A stretch of 64,000 nucleotides of DNA from Candidatus Bathyarchaeota archaeon (GCA_963733055.1 CAVTBR010000001.1:416001-480000); one strand, 5' to 3'. Positions 10,292 to 19,866 are shown, numbered from the stretch's first letter. Translations and numbers: made by a program. Notes: generated from the sequence alone by a model not told the origin.

Positions 10292-11155
10292 CTTGATCGT
10301 GCTGGCCATAAACTGCGAATAATCAGTACAGATTCGCTCCAAGAACTTCTTGTATTCGGCATCAACATCGATACCGAACGGGTTGTCTCGCGCCACTCGA
10401 GCAGGGCCAATGTTGTCATAATGGATTGGGCAAAGTAGAAGTACATCAAGCCCAGCTCTCGAACGATCTGGCGGTCGTCTAGGTAAAGTATTGAATTTCC
10501 GAAAAGTTTCCGCTTGTTGCTTGGGCGTGTTCTCACTAATCGCTTTCGGAAACTCATCTGCCAGGGTTTTATCATGAGCCTTAAGGCGGGGCAGTATTTC
10601 GTGCCCAAACCGATCCTTCCCTGCTAGAAACTTGAGCCTGTCGGGTACATTCAAGAAACGCTTCGCAAGACCGACCATTACTGTACCACCTACGATTGCG
10701 TCCACGCCCGCAGTGTTGGCATCCTGCCAAAGGTTGTTAAGGTCATCATAACGCGCATCACGGTTCCGGTGAGCAGTTGCCACCGATTTGTGTTCTATGG
10801 CGACGCGGATTTTTGTGAGGTCAGGTTTCATTCCCTTAATCCCCGCCGCTCCGTGCCAACCGGAGCTCGGAACATTGGGACTCTCATTTTGGGGTTGACT
10901 TAGTGGCGGTGCTATAATCAAATCGGTTGCTTGTTTACGCCCCCAATTTAGTTTCTTGTTTTTCCAATAACCAACCCTCCCAGATTCAAGATCCTTGCGA
11001 AGAGTAGCGCACATTTTCCATAGATCCTCTACAATGGCATCGCTGACTACGTCGGAATGCGTGTTAACACGATGGTTGTGATATCCTTCCTTATTTGTAG
11101 CCTCAGCATGTGCATCAAACGGCGTCCTATTCATGTTCACGATATAGGACCTCAA
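10283..11155 (-). CDS. Putative Type II restriction endonuclease (PD-(D/E)xK fold)
   Basis: TDLII...IRVAIEHKS motif; convergent with the methyltransferase, 3' ends overlapping by 9 bp. Confidence 0.65.
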   Translation of the reverse strand: MRSYIVNMNRTPFDAHAEATNKEGYHNHRVNTHSDVVSDAIVEDLWKMCATLRKDLESGRVGYWKNKKLNWGRKQATDLIIAPPLSQPQNESPNVPSSGWHGAAGIKGMKPDLTKIRVAIEHKSVATAHRNRDARYDDLNNLWQDANTAGVDAIVGGTVMVGLAKRFLNVPDRLKFLAGKDRFGHEILPRLKAHDKTLADEFPKAISENTPKQQAETFRKFNTLPRRPPDRSRAGLDVLLLCPIHYDNIGPARVARDNPFGIDVDAEYKKFLERICTDYSQFMASTIKLV

Positions 11156-11218
11156 TCACCTGTACTCTCAGCGTTCGAATCCGAACCTAGATCATTCATT
11201 AAATCTGCGGAATACTCG

Positions 11219-11998
11219 TTATATCCACTCTTCTATTGGATTAGACACCTTTTCGTAGAGGACTCCGTCACGTTCTCTCTGCGTGATGTAATTGTAAATT
11301 CTTTCAAAGTATCTCCTTTGGGTCATGTCTTCGCTCCGCCTCACAAGATCCTGCCAAGCTTGTTCCTGTGTTAGTTTTCTGCCTCCCCTAGTCCCGAATT
11401 GTCTAAGGATAATATCAAGCAAGATGATTATGTCGATGGGAGGGAAAGCAAAACGGGGCTTCTCCAACCAGGGGTCCCCGCAATAATGGAACCCACCCGC
11501 AACGGAATCAAGTTCTCCGGCCTTCCCGCCGTGCTGTAAATGACAAACTGGTCTTGGGTCAGCGACATCTTCAGTATCAATGTCAAAATGGAATCGGCGC
11601 ATAATCCTCCCATTCCCAAGATCCGCTGACGAGCCCAGACAACATGAAATCACCTCACCAGAGACGGGCTTTCTCGCGCGTTCATCAAGTCCAGCGACAA
11701 TGCACATCGAAAGAGAATAAAACCGAATTTCTAGATTTCGCACACTGATTTCTGCACCTAAAAGGGCCAGTCCCGATCGTTTACCCAAATTGTCATCGTT
11801 GACTATCGTTATTTGCCAAGGCGGATCTATCTTAAATGCCCAAGTGTCGCGGCCGGACTCCTTGAGTTTGCTGTAAATATGGACTGCAGATTCGCTAACA
11901 TTGGAATTGTTGCTGGCTATTTCCGTGTTGTCTTTTATGAATTGAAAGCATTTCTGGAGGTGAGCCTTGTATTCCGCTGGGATTCTTAACGCGGGCAT
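11219..11998 (-). CDS. Hypothetical protein with RRFHFD...CHLQHGG...PRFAFPP motifs
   Basis: 259-aa ORF; its ATG directly follows the stop of the upstream gene. Confidence 0.75.
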   Translation of the reverse strand: MPALRIPAEYKAHLQKCFQFIKDNTEIASNNSNVSESAVHIYSKLKESGRDTWAFKIDPPWQITIVNDDNLGKRSGLALLGAEISVRNLEIRFYSLSMCIVAGLDERARKPVSGEVISCCLGSSADLGNGRIMRRFHFDIDTEDVADPRPVCHLQHGGKAGELDSVAGGFHYCGDPWLEKPRFAFPPIDIIILLDIILRQFGTRGGRKLTQEQAWQDLVRRSEDMTQRRYFERIYNYITQRERDGVLYEKVSNPIEEWI

Positions 11999-12991
11999 TT
12001 AGGTCACAAACTGCCTTACTTCCTCGAAGAACAGAGCGCGTAGCTTGGTTGGGTCTGGTGCACTACATCGGAAATGCACAGGACGTCGAATCCTTGCATC
12101 ATCTTTATCCAAGCCTACAGTATCCGGGTACGCCTCACCGCAAACAATACACTTCGCTACTTCCGCTGGGCGAAGTTTGAATACTCGTTTAGCTAAATTC
12201 TGCAAGTTAGTGGAATCGTCCTGAGGGAATCGTTTTGCGGCTTTGCGAAATACTATTTCCGACAAAGCCGAACTCCACCACAGGGACGGGTTTGTGCTGC
12301 TAAATATACCGAGATATCTGGTTGAGATAAATTTTGAGGCGCGTCTGGAGAATGCCTCTTCAGTCATTCCGAGCTTTGTTGAGGCGTAGAGACAATCGTA
12401 TAAAAAGCCCATCGAAGCAAGAAATCTTGTGTTGACCCATCTCGCAAAAGCAATTGTATTCCCCGCTCTTGAAAGACCCTTCTTGAGGTTTTCGGGCAGA
12501 ACCATCTGGATCCTGTTTTGATCGTCTACAGGGGCCTTTAGAAGCGCGTAAATTACGCGCACTGAATTGCGACGTGCCGTTCTCACCTTTCTATAGTCGA
12601 GGGAATCGTAGTACAGGATCGTGTCACCTTCTCGCTTGACCTTTTTGATATCAATGACTTTGTCAGCCGCGCTTTCTGCCGCCTGAGCTAGTGTTGTATG
12701 AAGAGTTGTTGCTGGCCAAGCACTGAATAAGTAAATGGGCACCTCCGGATATTTCACACGCACTTGTCCTGCGACAGCAATCCCGGTCCTGTAATTTCTC
12801 AGATGTAATCGGTCATCGATTAAGAATAGGTCCGACTTCTTTTGAAGTACTTCTCTTTGATTCCGCTCGAATTTCTGAGCGGGCACGAAATTAATGTGCA
12901 GTTGTCGATTTCTACCTTCCAGGTTTTTTGCATCCTCTTCATCCTCCGGATTATCATCAATCCATGTTACTGTGACACTTCCAGACATCAT
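11999..12991 (-). CDS. Response-regulator receiver domain fused to an unknown C-terminal domain with a CxxC...HxxC motif
   Basis: WIDDN, DLFLIDD and PIYLFS receiver motifs; C-terminal CIVC...HFRC. Confidence 0.8.
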   Translation of the reverse strand: MMSGSVTVTWIDDNPEDEEDAKNLEGRNRQLHINFVPAQKFERNQREVLQKKSDLFLIDDRLHLRNYRTGIAVAGQVRVKYPEVPIYLFSAWPATTLHTTLAQAAESAADKVIDIKKVKREGDTILYYDSLDYRKVRTARRNSVRVIYALLKAPVDDQNRIQMVLPENLKKGLSRAGNTIAFARWVNTRFLASMGFLYDCLYASTKLGMTEEAFSRRASKFISTRYLGIFSSTNPSLWWSSALSEIVFRKAAKRFPQDDSTNLQNLAKRVFKLRPAEVAKCIVCGEAYPDTVGLDKDDARIRRPVHFRCSAPDPTKLRALFFEEVRQFVT

Positions 12992-15264
12992 GGTAGCGTC
13001 ACCTCAACACAGGTCTTCCACGGTGCGGCGGGATCACGAAAATCGAATGATTTTCCATATGATGCGAGTATGTCTTTTACGATGCTCAATCCAAGTCCAC
13101 TACCTTCTCCCAGCACCAGAAAGTCCTGAGATTGAAGTTTTTCTCTGAGGCGCTTGTAAAGGCGCCCTTCGGGGTCGGAAACCAATGGCATTCCTATTTG
13201 CCCGCGTGAGTCTTCATCCACCCCTATACCGTCGTCAGAGACTCGCAGAATGCGTTCGCCCTTCTCCTCGACCGCCTCAATTTTGATTCTATGTCCATCG
13301 CCAGCGATAACTGCTTTAACTGCGTTTGATACGAGGTTGATCAGGATGGAATAGACCTCCGCTTCCAACATTGGGCCGGTCTTAAGCATGTCGGGAACTT
13401 TGCTGTAGTCAACAGTAATATTGAAACGCTCTGTCAGTCCCGCAAAACAACTCACAACTTCCTCAAGAGTTTTTTTCAATCGCAGAGGGTGTCTCTTTGT
13501 TTCGGTTAGATCTACTGACACACCTTGGATCAATTTCACTTGATTGTCAAACCGATCGACTGTTGCTCTTAGATCAGCGGCCAACTTGAGGAATTGTTGT
13601 TTTTGTCTTTCCCCAAGCCCGCGGGCAAGTCGCTCCAACGTCGAAGCGTGCGTATCCAGCCTTCCTATCACAGTTCTTGCTTCATGAACAAAAGTGAACA
13701 TGAGCGCACCGGCAGATGCCGAGGTTCTCAATACATTCAACTGTTTCTCGAGGTGAGAGATACTGGTTTCGACTACTTGCCTCGCTTTCGACGCATTTTT
13801 GTAAACCTTGTCTGCACTTAGTCCATCAAGACTCGGGCCTTCGGCGGCAAGCTTTACAGATTCCTCCATGAGATTCAAAGCCGACTGAACGATCGGCATA
13901 ACGACTTCAGGTACTTGCTCTCTGGGTATTTCGAGTTCAGCTACCTGCTCTTTTAGTTCCTGAGCGGTTCTCCTGACTTCCTCTTGTTGCGCTCTTACGA
14001 GGAAGTACTGATAGTAAATCGTTGCCCACTCGATTCCTCGTCGGATGAATTGTTTCAGGTGCTTGAAAGCTTCGTTCTCGATGATGCCTTCTCTGTTTAC
14101 GGTAACATCGAAGGTTTTCTTGGGATAGTTTTGAATTATAACGCGGCCGACCAAATTCTCGTTTCGAGGAAGATGCAACATTGCCCGCGAGTGATCGACG
14201 CCTACTAAGTTTTCTGAGACCTTTTTGAATACATCGTCTGCTTTTGTTAATCTTCGGGCCACATCTTTGTCGATATCGAGCCAGTCATCGCCGGGTTCTC
14301 CATAAGGGTAAACGCGGAATCCGTTCAGGTAAACCCTGACACCACTCCACTCTTCGGCAATCTCATCAATCAATCCCATTGTCAGGGTAGACCGATCCCT
14401 GATGTACTCTTTTCGTCTCCAGACAAAATCGATGTCGTAACTAACGCCGGGAATATCGACGTACGTTGTTGGTAGCTCAAAATGAGCCTTGCCAATGTTC
14501 ATCGCTTCGAGACTCAGAAGCGCGGTTCCGTTGGCAGATACTGAACCCTTCAGTCTTCCCCATCCTGCGTTCATAACCTGTTCTGATATCTTCCCTGTGA
14601 CAGACTTGAATTCTGGGGCCTCAAGAATCACTTCAAAGCCCGGATCCGGATTGAATCCTTTGCGTTTGGCTCCGGTCGCCAGTGAGAGCCCCAATACTTG
14701 ACGTCGTAGCACATTTAGATCGCGGGTTGACCATGGTTCCGAGAGGCCAACTAATCTTATTGTTAGCCCTGTGGCATCTGTAGAGATCATTTTTTTTTCG
14801 TATTCGTTGGGTATGTCAGTCAGCGTGAGCCCTGCCTTGAATTTCTTCCATTCAAATAGAACCTTAGTAAACTCACGTTTTCCCTTTTGCCCACACTCTG
14901 CGGTGGATTCAAGAATCAGTCTCTTAGCTAACCGCCGACAGGCAAACCTACCAATCCCCTTGTCCCCCGTTTTGGGTCTGCCGTATTTTGGAGAGAAGGG
15001 ATTGCGCAGTTTATTCGGAGTCGCGACTTTCATCCAAAAACTCTTGACTTGATCAAATGTCATTCCATGTCCGTCGTCAATGAGTATGATCTGACTTGAC
15101 GGACCTGGTGCTTTCTCGATGTTTTGGAAGACTACAGTTACTTTAGTCGCATCCGCGTCGTATGCATTCTTGATGAGTTCGGCCAAAGCGATATAGTTCT
15201 TGGAAACAAGGCGTTCACCCAGCTCGCTCAATAGAAGACTGTCAACGGAGAAAGTAAGACTCAA
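12988..15264 (-). CDS. MORC/MutL-like GHKL ATPase fused to a histidine kinase
   Basis: N-terminal ELIKNAYDADA, DDGHGM, GDKGIGRF; central NGFRVYPYG and NREG; C-terminal H-box FVHE, NLVSNA, DDGIG and GSGLGL. Confidence 0.9.
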   Translation of the reverse strand: MSLTFSVDSLLLSELGERLVSKNYIALAELIKNAYDADATKVTVVFQNIEKAPGPSSQIILIDDGHGMTFDQVKSFWMKVATPNKLRNPFSPKYGRPKTGDKGIGRFACRRLAKRLILESTAECGQKGKREFTKVLFEWKKFKAGLTLTDIPNEYEKKMISTDATGLTIRLVGLSEPWSTRDLNVLRRQVLGLSLATGAKRKGFNPDPGFEVILEAPEFKSVTGKISEQVMNAGWGRLKGSVSANGTALLSLEAMNIGKAHFELPTTYVDIPGVSYDIDFVWRRKEYIRDRSTLTMGLIDEIAEEWSGVRVYLNGFRVYPYGEPGDDWLDIDKDVARRLTKADDVFKKVSENLVGVDHSRAMLHLPRNENLVGRVIIQNYPKKTFDVTVNREGIIENEAFKHLKQFIRRGIEWATIYYQYFLVRAQQEEVRRTAQELKEQVAELEIPREQVPEVVMPIVQSALNLMEESVKLAAEGPSLDGLSADKVYKNASKARQVVETSISHLEKQLNVLRTSASAGALMFTFVHEARTVIGRLDTHASTLERLARGLGERQKQQFLKLAADLRATVDRFDNQVKLIQGVSVDLTETKRHPLRLKKTLEEVVSCFAGLTERFNITVDYSKVPDMLKTGPMLEAEVYSILINLVSNAVKAVIAGDGHRIKIEAVEEKGERILRVSDDGIGVDEDSRGQIGMPLVSDPEGRLYKRLREKLQSQDFLVLGEGSGLGLSIVKDILASYGKSFDFRDPAAPWKTCVEVTLP

Positions 15265-15819
15265 GGAAGGCTTTCTCCCTCGCTCAAGGGCGGTCGGTGT
15301 GATAATAAGTGTTCTCCAGGTATTCGCGCCATCAAGACACGTTTGGGCACTCGGAAGTCGGTTATCTTCTTGGAAAGTACTCTAAGACGAAAGTCGCCCT
15401 CTAGCTTTTCGAATCGGTCAAGGCGCACGACTAACTAGACAGAATCTCTGCGATCTACCCTCGATTCTTACCAAGTCGTCAATCGGCAAATGCTTCGAGC
15501 TCCTCACGTTTTTTGGTCAGCTTCCATGCACCAATACGGTAGCGTGATCAATTTCGGGAAGTAAACAGCTCGTATTCCTCTTGTTTGCGAGTGAATTTCT
15601 GATCTGATTCCAACTACCAACCATTTGCATATCTGATGACAAGAAAGATACAACCATTGTTACCTTCAAAAGCATCTTAAGTCCCCGATCAAGAAAAGAA
15701 AGCGGAAAAAACACTCTGAGGTTTGAATTAGCCTCCTAAAGACTGCAACTCAACCTAACGGTTCAAATTACGAGTTTCACCGTGGGGTGCACACTCACGA
15801 CAATACCGTCAAGTAGTCA

Positions 15820-16414
15820 GTGATGATTGAGATCTTGTTACAGTACCTTCTTTTCGTGTCGGCTGGGGCATTCTTGGTCGCTGCTTACGTTTACGTAAGG
15901 TCGATGTTGAAGGGAAGTGTGAAGCCGAATCGAGCGAGCTGGCTGCTGTGGGCTATTGCGTCGATGATTGGTTTTGCTGCAGCAGTTTCCAATGGCGCGG
16001 GCTTGGCTGCTGTGCCAGTGTTTATGTCGGGTTTTTGTCCGCTCTTGATCTTCGCTGCTTCCTTTGTTGTAAAAGGGGGCTCATTGGAAGTTGGTCAAAC
16101 TAGATTATGCTTGCGGCGTGCTGTCAGCCTTGGCCTTAGTTTCTTGGGTGGTGACGAGCGATCCAGACGTTGCCATCTTGTTCGCAATTTTAAGCGACAC
16201 CCTGGCCTCAGTTCCGACGCTCGTAAAAGGGTGGCAGCATCCGGAATCAGAGTCCGCATGGACGTATTTGGTTGGAATTTTCGGCGGCATTACGAGTTTC
16301 CTCGCAATCACCGCATGGACCTTTTCGCAGTACGCCTTCCCAGCATACTTAGTGGTAATGAGTGGTCTTCTAGTTTTGAGTATCTACCGGAAAAGAATTC
16401 TTATCTATTTTTGA
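15820..16414 (+). CDS. Multi-pass membrane hypothetical protein, split by a +1 frameshift in G5 at 16075-16079
   Basis: Two hydrophobic ORFs join as ...VKGAHWKLVKLDY... when one G is removed; KPNRASW and PESESAW motifs. Confidence 0.7.
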
Positions 16415-16585
16415 AAAAACGGACCCTGCATTTCTAGTGATCCCGATTACATATTTTTTATGTGTACTTGTAAGGGATATCCGCGCCAACGCTTCAAACA
16501 CCTACGTATGTGATCGCCACTAATGTGGTGGCAGCAAATTTCAGATACGCAGATTTTGCCGGCACTAGCTGGCGTGTAGATCAAA

Positions 16586-16645
16586 GGACTCGCACCTTAT
16601 TCGGTTCAAGTCCCTCCGGCTCTGACCCTAACAGAGTTCAAGTCC
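16586..16645. repeat. Two tandem 11-6-11 imperfect inverted-repeat sites (motif X)
   Basis: GGACTCGCACC-ttattc-GGTTCAAGTCC (16586-16613) and GGCTCTGACCC-taacag-AGTTCAAGTCC (16618-16645). Confidence 0.6.
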
Positions 16646-16670
16646 TTTGTTCTGAATCACTAGGTGTGCG

Positions 16671-16695
16671 ACCGGTAAATTGGTGTCAGAATCCC
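16671..16695 (+). repeat. Intergenic 25-bp repeat, motif Y copy 1
   Basis: ACCGGTAAATTGGTGTCAGAATCCC; 22/25 identical to 18497-18521. Confidence 0.7.
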
Positions 16696-16895
16696 GTTCC
16701 CCATCTCTGAAGTTCGAGTAACTCCGATACGAATCGTTACCTCTCTCAAGCGGATCTGGCCGGCCAGGCGACCGTACGCAGGACCTGGTGCTCTCACTAA
16801 CACTGTTTAGAATTATGCGGCGAAATCGTCGTAACCCACAAAACCGAACATAGGTAACAGTGTACCTATCGAGAACGGTTCCACTAGTCCTCTAG

Positions 16896-18053
16896 GTGCC
16901 TGTGCGCGTAATGGAACAATCTGCTTTACGGGACAAGATTCGCGTTGACGACGAAACCTTGGTGATTGAATCATTCAAGACAACGGCTTTCGACGTCGTA
17001 TCGTATTTCAGAGATAACAAAATTGAAGAATATGAGTCTCTCTTAGACGCCGTCCTCAGAGCTGGAACAATCGCGCTTCGAAGCGTAGCTGTTGCCGAAA
17101 AGATAGATTACATACAGAAGGCGTTCGGTGAACTAGATAACAAGTTCTCCACAGATCTTAAGAATAGTATTCAGATGCTCGACGATAGGTTCGAAGATTA
17201 CTTCGGGGAGAAAGGAAAGGTCTCCGAGATGATCAATACTCATTTTGGAGAAAATGGAAAGATCGTCAAGGAAATCTTCGATCCGAACAGAGATGGCACC
17301 CCTCTCTTCACTCTGTCACAGGGGTTCAAGAGAGACATGTTGGACATTCGCGAGAAACTTGGGATCAAAGAGGAGACTGATAAGATAAGGTCGAAAACTC
17401 CTCTCAAGGGACATGAGTTTGAGGCGACTTGTGAACTAAAGCTAAGTGAGATCACACGACTGAACGGAGATGAACTTGAGAACACGACTAACATCGTTGG
17501 AACCATACCACATAGCAAGAAAGGCGATTACGTAGTTACACTAGTTGGGAAAAATCCCAAAAAGTTTGTCTTCGAATTAAAGAATGTATCAAGTAAATTC
17601 TCGACAAGCGAAATTCACCAGAGCCTCGAACAGTCCATGAAAAACCGACAGGCTTCGTACGGAGTTTTTGTCGTTAAGGATGTTGAAGCTTTGCCTGAGA
17701 GCATAGGATGTTTCAATGAGTGCGCTGATAACCAGCTCGTCTGCGCCCTAGCGAAAGAAGAGTCATCGGATTTGACGAACTTGGATATCCTTTTCATAGC
17801 CTACCGTTGGGCAAAGCTGCGGGTTCTTCTTGAATCAGTGGCCGACCAAAGGATGGATGCCGGTAAAATCAAGGAAATCGTAAATGATCTTAAGGATCAG
17901 CTACGAAGATTCACAACCATCAAGACGAAATGCAGTAGCATACAAACCTCAGCGAAAGAGGTCAAAGACATCTTAGATGAACTCAAAAACCACATTGACG
18001 ACGATATCGGTCAGGTTCTGAAGGCGATCACTGAAGAAAAACCGCTTATCTGA
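16896..18053 (+). CDS. Coiled-coil protein with an embedded PD-(D/E)xK domain (DUF2130/RmuC-like)
   Basis: KGHEFE...KKGDYVV...FELKN motif between long helical segments. Confidence 0.7.
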   Translation: MPVRVMEQSALRDKIRVDDETLVIESFKTTAFDVVSYFRDNKIEEYESLLDAVLRAGTIALRSVAVAEKIDYIQKAFGELDNKFSTDLKNSIQMLDDRFEDYFGEKGKVSEMINTHFGENGKIVKEIFDPNRDGTPLFTLSQGFKRDMLDIREKLGIKEETDKIRSKTPLKGHEFEATCELKLSEITRLNGDELENTTNIVGTIPHSKKGDYVVTLVGKNPKKFVFELKNVSSKFSTSEIHQSLEQSMKNRQASYGVFVVKDVEALPESIGCFNECADNQLVCALAKEESSDLTNLDILFIAYRWAKLRVLLESVADQRMDAGKIKEIVNDLKDQLRRFTTIKTKCSSIQTSAKEVKDILDELKNHIDDDIGQVLKAITEEKPLI

Positions 18054-18057
18054 GCGA

Positions 18058-18465
18058 ATGAGAAAGTGGACCTTGATCCGGGAACAGAAAGTGGCACAAC
18101 GCGCCATTACCTACGTCAAAAACCAGGCAGCTAGGAATCACATTAAGGTGCGTCCATCGAAGTTTGCGTCTGGCTACGACCTAGTATTACTTTACCCAAG
18201 CGGCAAGAGGCGCAGGATTGAGGTCAAAGGATCGCAGAAGGACAACATGATACCCGACATACGCGTTAGCGAGTTCGACGATGAAAAGAGACTCAAGGCC
18301 GACTTTCTATACTTCGTTGGGAACGTCTTCAAACGAAAGCCGATCCTCCACGTTATACCACGTAATGCAATTAGACCTCAAGATCTGAGTCCAAGGGGAA
18401 CCTATCATCTGAGGTTCGGTATGAACCGATTACAGAAGTATCGTAAGGATACATTCCCCGGATAG
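18058..18465 (+). CDS. Small PD-(D/E)xK nuclease (DUF3883/NOV-C-like)
   Basis: GYDLV...IEVKGS motif. Confidence 0.7.
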   Translation: MRKWTLIREQKVAQRAITYVKNQAARNHIKVRPSKFASGYDLVLLYPSGKRRRIEVKGSQKDNMIPDIRVSEFDDEKRLKADFLYFVGNVFKRKPILHVIPRNAIRPQDLSPRGTYHLRFGMNRLQKYRKDTFPG

Positions 18466-18496
18466 GTGTTAGAACTGCATCGTAGACTTCCTTTCT

Positions 18497-18521
18497 ACCA
18501 GTAAGTTGGGGTCAGAATCCC
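18497..18521 (+). repeat. Motif Y copy 2
   Basis: ACCAGTAAGTTGGGGTCAGAATCCC; overlaps a TTGGGG-N7-CCCCAA palindrome. Confidence 0.7.
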
Positions 18522-18555
18522 CAATTGCACAGGATAGGCTTGCAACTAGTAAGAA

Positions 18556-18614
18556 GGACCCGCACCCAAATAGGTTCAAGTCCTCCGGACCCGCCACATC
18601 TACGGTTCGCCATC
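18556..18614. repeat. Motif X copies, including a degenerate tRNA 3'-end-like sequence
   Basis: GGACCCGCACC-caaata-GGTTCAAGTCC (18556-18583), then a weaker GGACCCGCCAC-atctac-GGTTCGCCATC; 18573-18596 reads GGTTCAAGTCCTCCGGACCCGCCA. Confidence 0.6.
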
Positions 18615-18671
18615 ACAGCCATAGCCCTTAACCTCCGCAGAACCAAGAGTACTTGCGCAAGGCGATAGCGG

Positions 18672-19544
18672 ATGGTTACTTTAGCTGTGATTGTACCATG
18701 TCGGAACGACTGCGACGCAGCGGAGAAGTTGGTTTCAAGTTTCAGTGAACAAACCATTCAACCAGACAAAGTTGTCGTAGGTCACGATAAGTGTCTTGGC
18801 CAGAGTGGATGCGCCCAGTTTGGAAACAAAGCTGCAACAATCAACTTCTACGCCAAGCAGCTCGACACCGACTACATTGTAGTTTTGGATGCCGACATGG
18901 AGTTAACGCCAACATTCTTTGAGGCATTCAAGATCGCCTTCCAACGAACAATGCCGACCGTAGGCAGCGGCGTTGTCTACGCACTATCAGAAAACACGGC
19001 GGCGAGGAAGAACCGACTTATTGGATTCGGTAGTGGGGCAATGCGCTGGTATTGGTTCGGGGGATGCATGTACATGCGAAGAAGCTTCCTCGTAGCCAAC
19101 CCTATGCCTACGGAAACTGTACTTGAGGACGTTGTTTACGGTAAACTACTCGAGAAGAGGGGAATCAACGCCGAATTCGTTCCCAACGCTGTCTGTTTCA
19201 TGTGGAGGAAGAACGAGACCTTAATCCGACAACTACGAAGACAAATTCGGTTCATGCTGGGATCACTCGAACAAACCCGTTTCCATCTGAGTCGACACAC
19301 GCCTGCCCTTTACGCAGCCCTTTCCACCGGCTATGTTCTTACTCTGCTGGGGGCTTTCAGACTTAACCTGGTTTTTGGATTCAGCCTATTTCTCGGCTAC
19401 ACTCTCCTAGTTGCAGCATGCTATTACTCCGGCTCTCAGTATGAAGAGAACGGTCTCGCCGTCACTCTCACATACAGCCTCTTGTGGCTTCCAATCCGCT
19501 GCTACACGTTTGCACTGTTTATCGCAAGGAAGAAGATATGGTAG
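18672..19544 (+). CDS. Glycosyltransferase family 2 with C-terminal transmembrane helices
   Basis: VIVPCRN, GNKA, LDAD, LED and RQIRF (QxxRW-like) motifs. Confidence 0.85.
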   Translation: MVTLAVIVPCRNDCDAAEKLVSSFSEQTIQPDKVVVGHDKCLGQSGCAQFGNKAATINFYAKQLDTDYIVVLDADMELTPTFFEAFKIAFQRTMPTVGSGVVYALSENTAARKNRLIGFGSGAMRWYWFGGCMYMRRSFLVANPMPTETVLEDVVYGKLLEKRGINAEFVPNAVCFMWRKNETLIRQLRRQIRFMLGSLEQTRFHLSRHTPALYAALSTGYVLTLLGAFRLNLVFGFSLFLGYTLLVAACYYSGSQYEENGLAVTLTYSLLWLPIRCYTFALFIARKKIW

Positions 19545-19841
19545 GCGTCGCCCCTACCAAGAGGAATCAACCTGCCAATATACGGCAGAACTACCCATCA
19601 CTCTTGTTTGAGTTTCCGAAATCCTTACGGCAGTCGTTGCAGTGATCGGATGGAGCATTCCACTTTAGGACGCATCCACGTAGATTACCCTCGAAGGGTA
19701 AATCGTGCTTCCTGGTTTCGCGAAAATGTTAGGGAACCTTGTAAAAGGAAGAATCGAGACCAGAATGCGAGAAGAACTTACGATGGTAAAATGAACACTC
19801 GAAGAGACCTAGCCGTAAAACTCACTGACCCAGTGCCGGTT

Positions 19842-19866
19842 ACTAGTAAATTGGGGCTGAAAGCCC
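19842..19866 (+). repeat. Motif Y copy 3 (diverged)
   Basis: ACTAGTAAATTGGGGCTGAAAGCCC; 18/25 identical to copy 2. Confidence 0.5.

Noticed and set aside
15400-15720. Short ORF in the gap upstream of the MORC-kinase gene
   Set aside because: No recognisable motif and stops in the plausible frames; at most a decayed remnant
18530-18596. Possible complete tRNA gene ending in CCA
   Set aside because: Only T-arm and acceptor-3'-like sequence is present; no complementary 5' acceptor strand, D-arm or anticodon arm
16586-18614. CRISPR array
   Set aside because: The units are only pairs with 6-nt variable cores, no 30-40 nt spacers, and there are no cas genes
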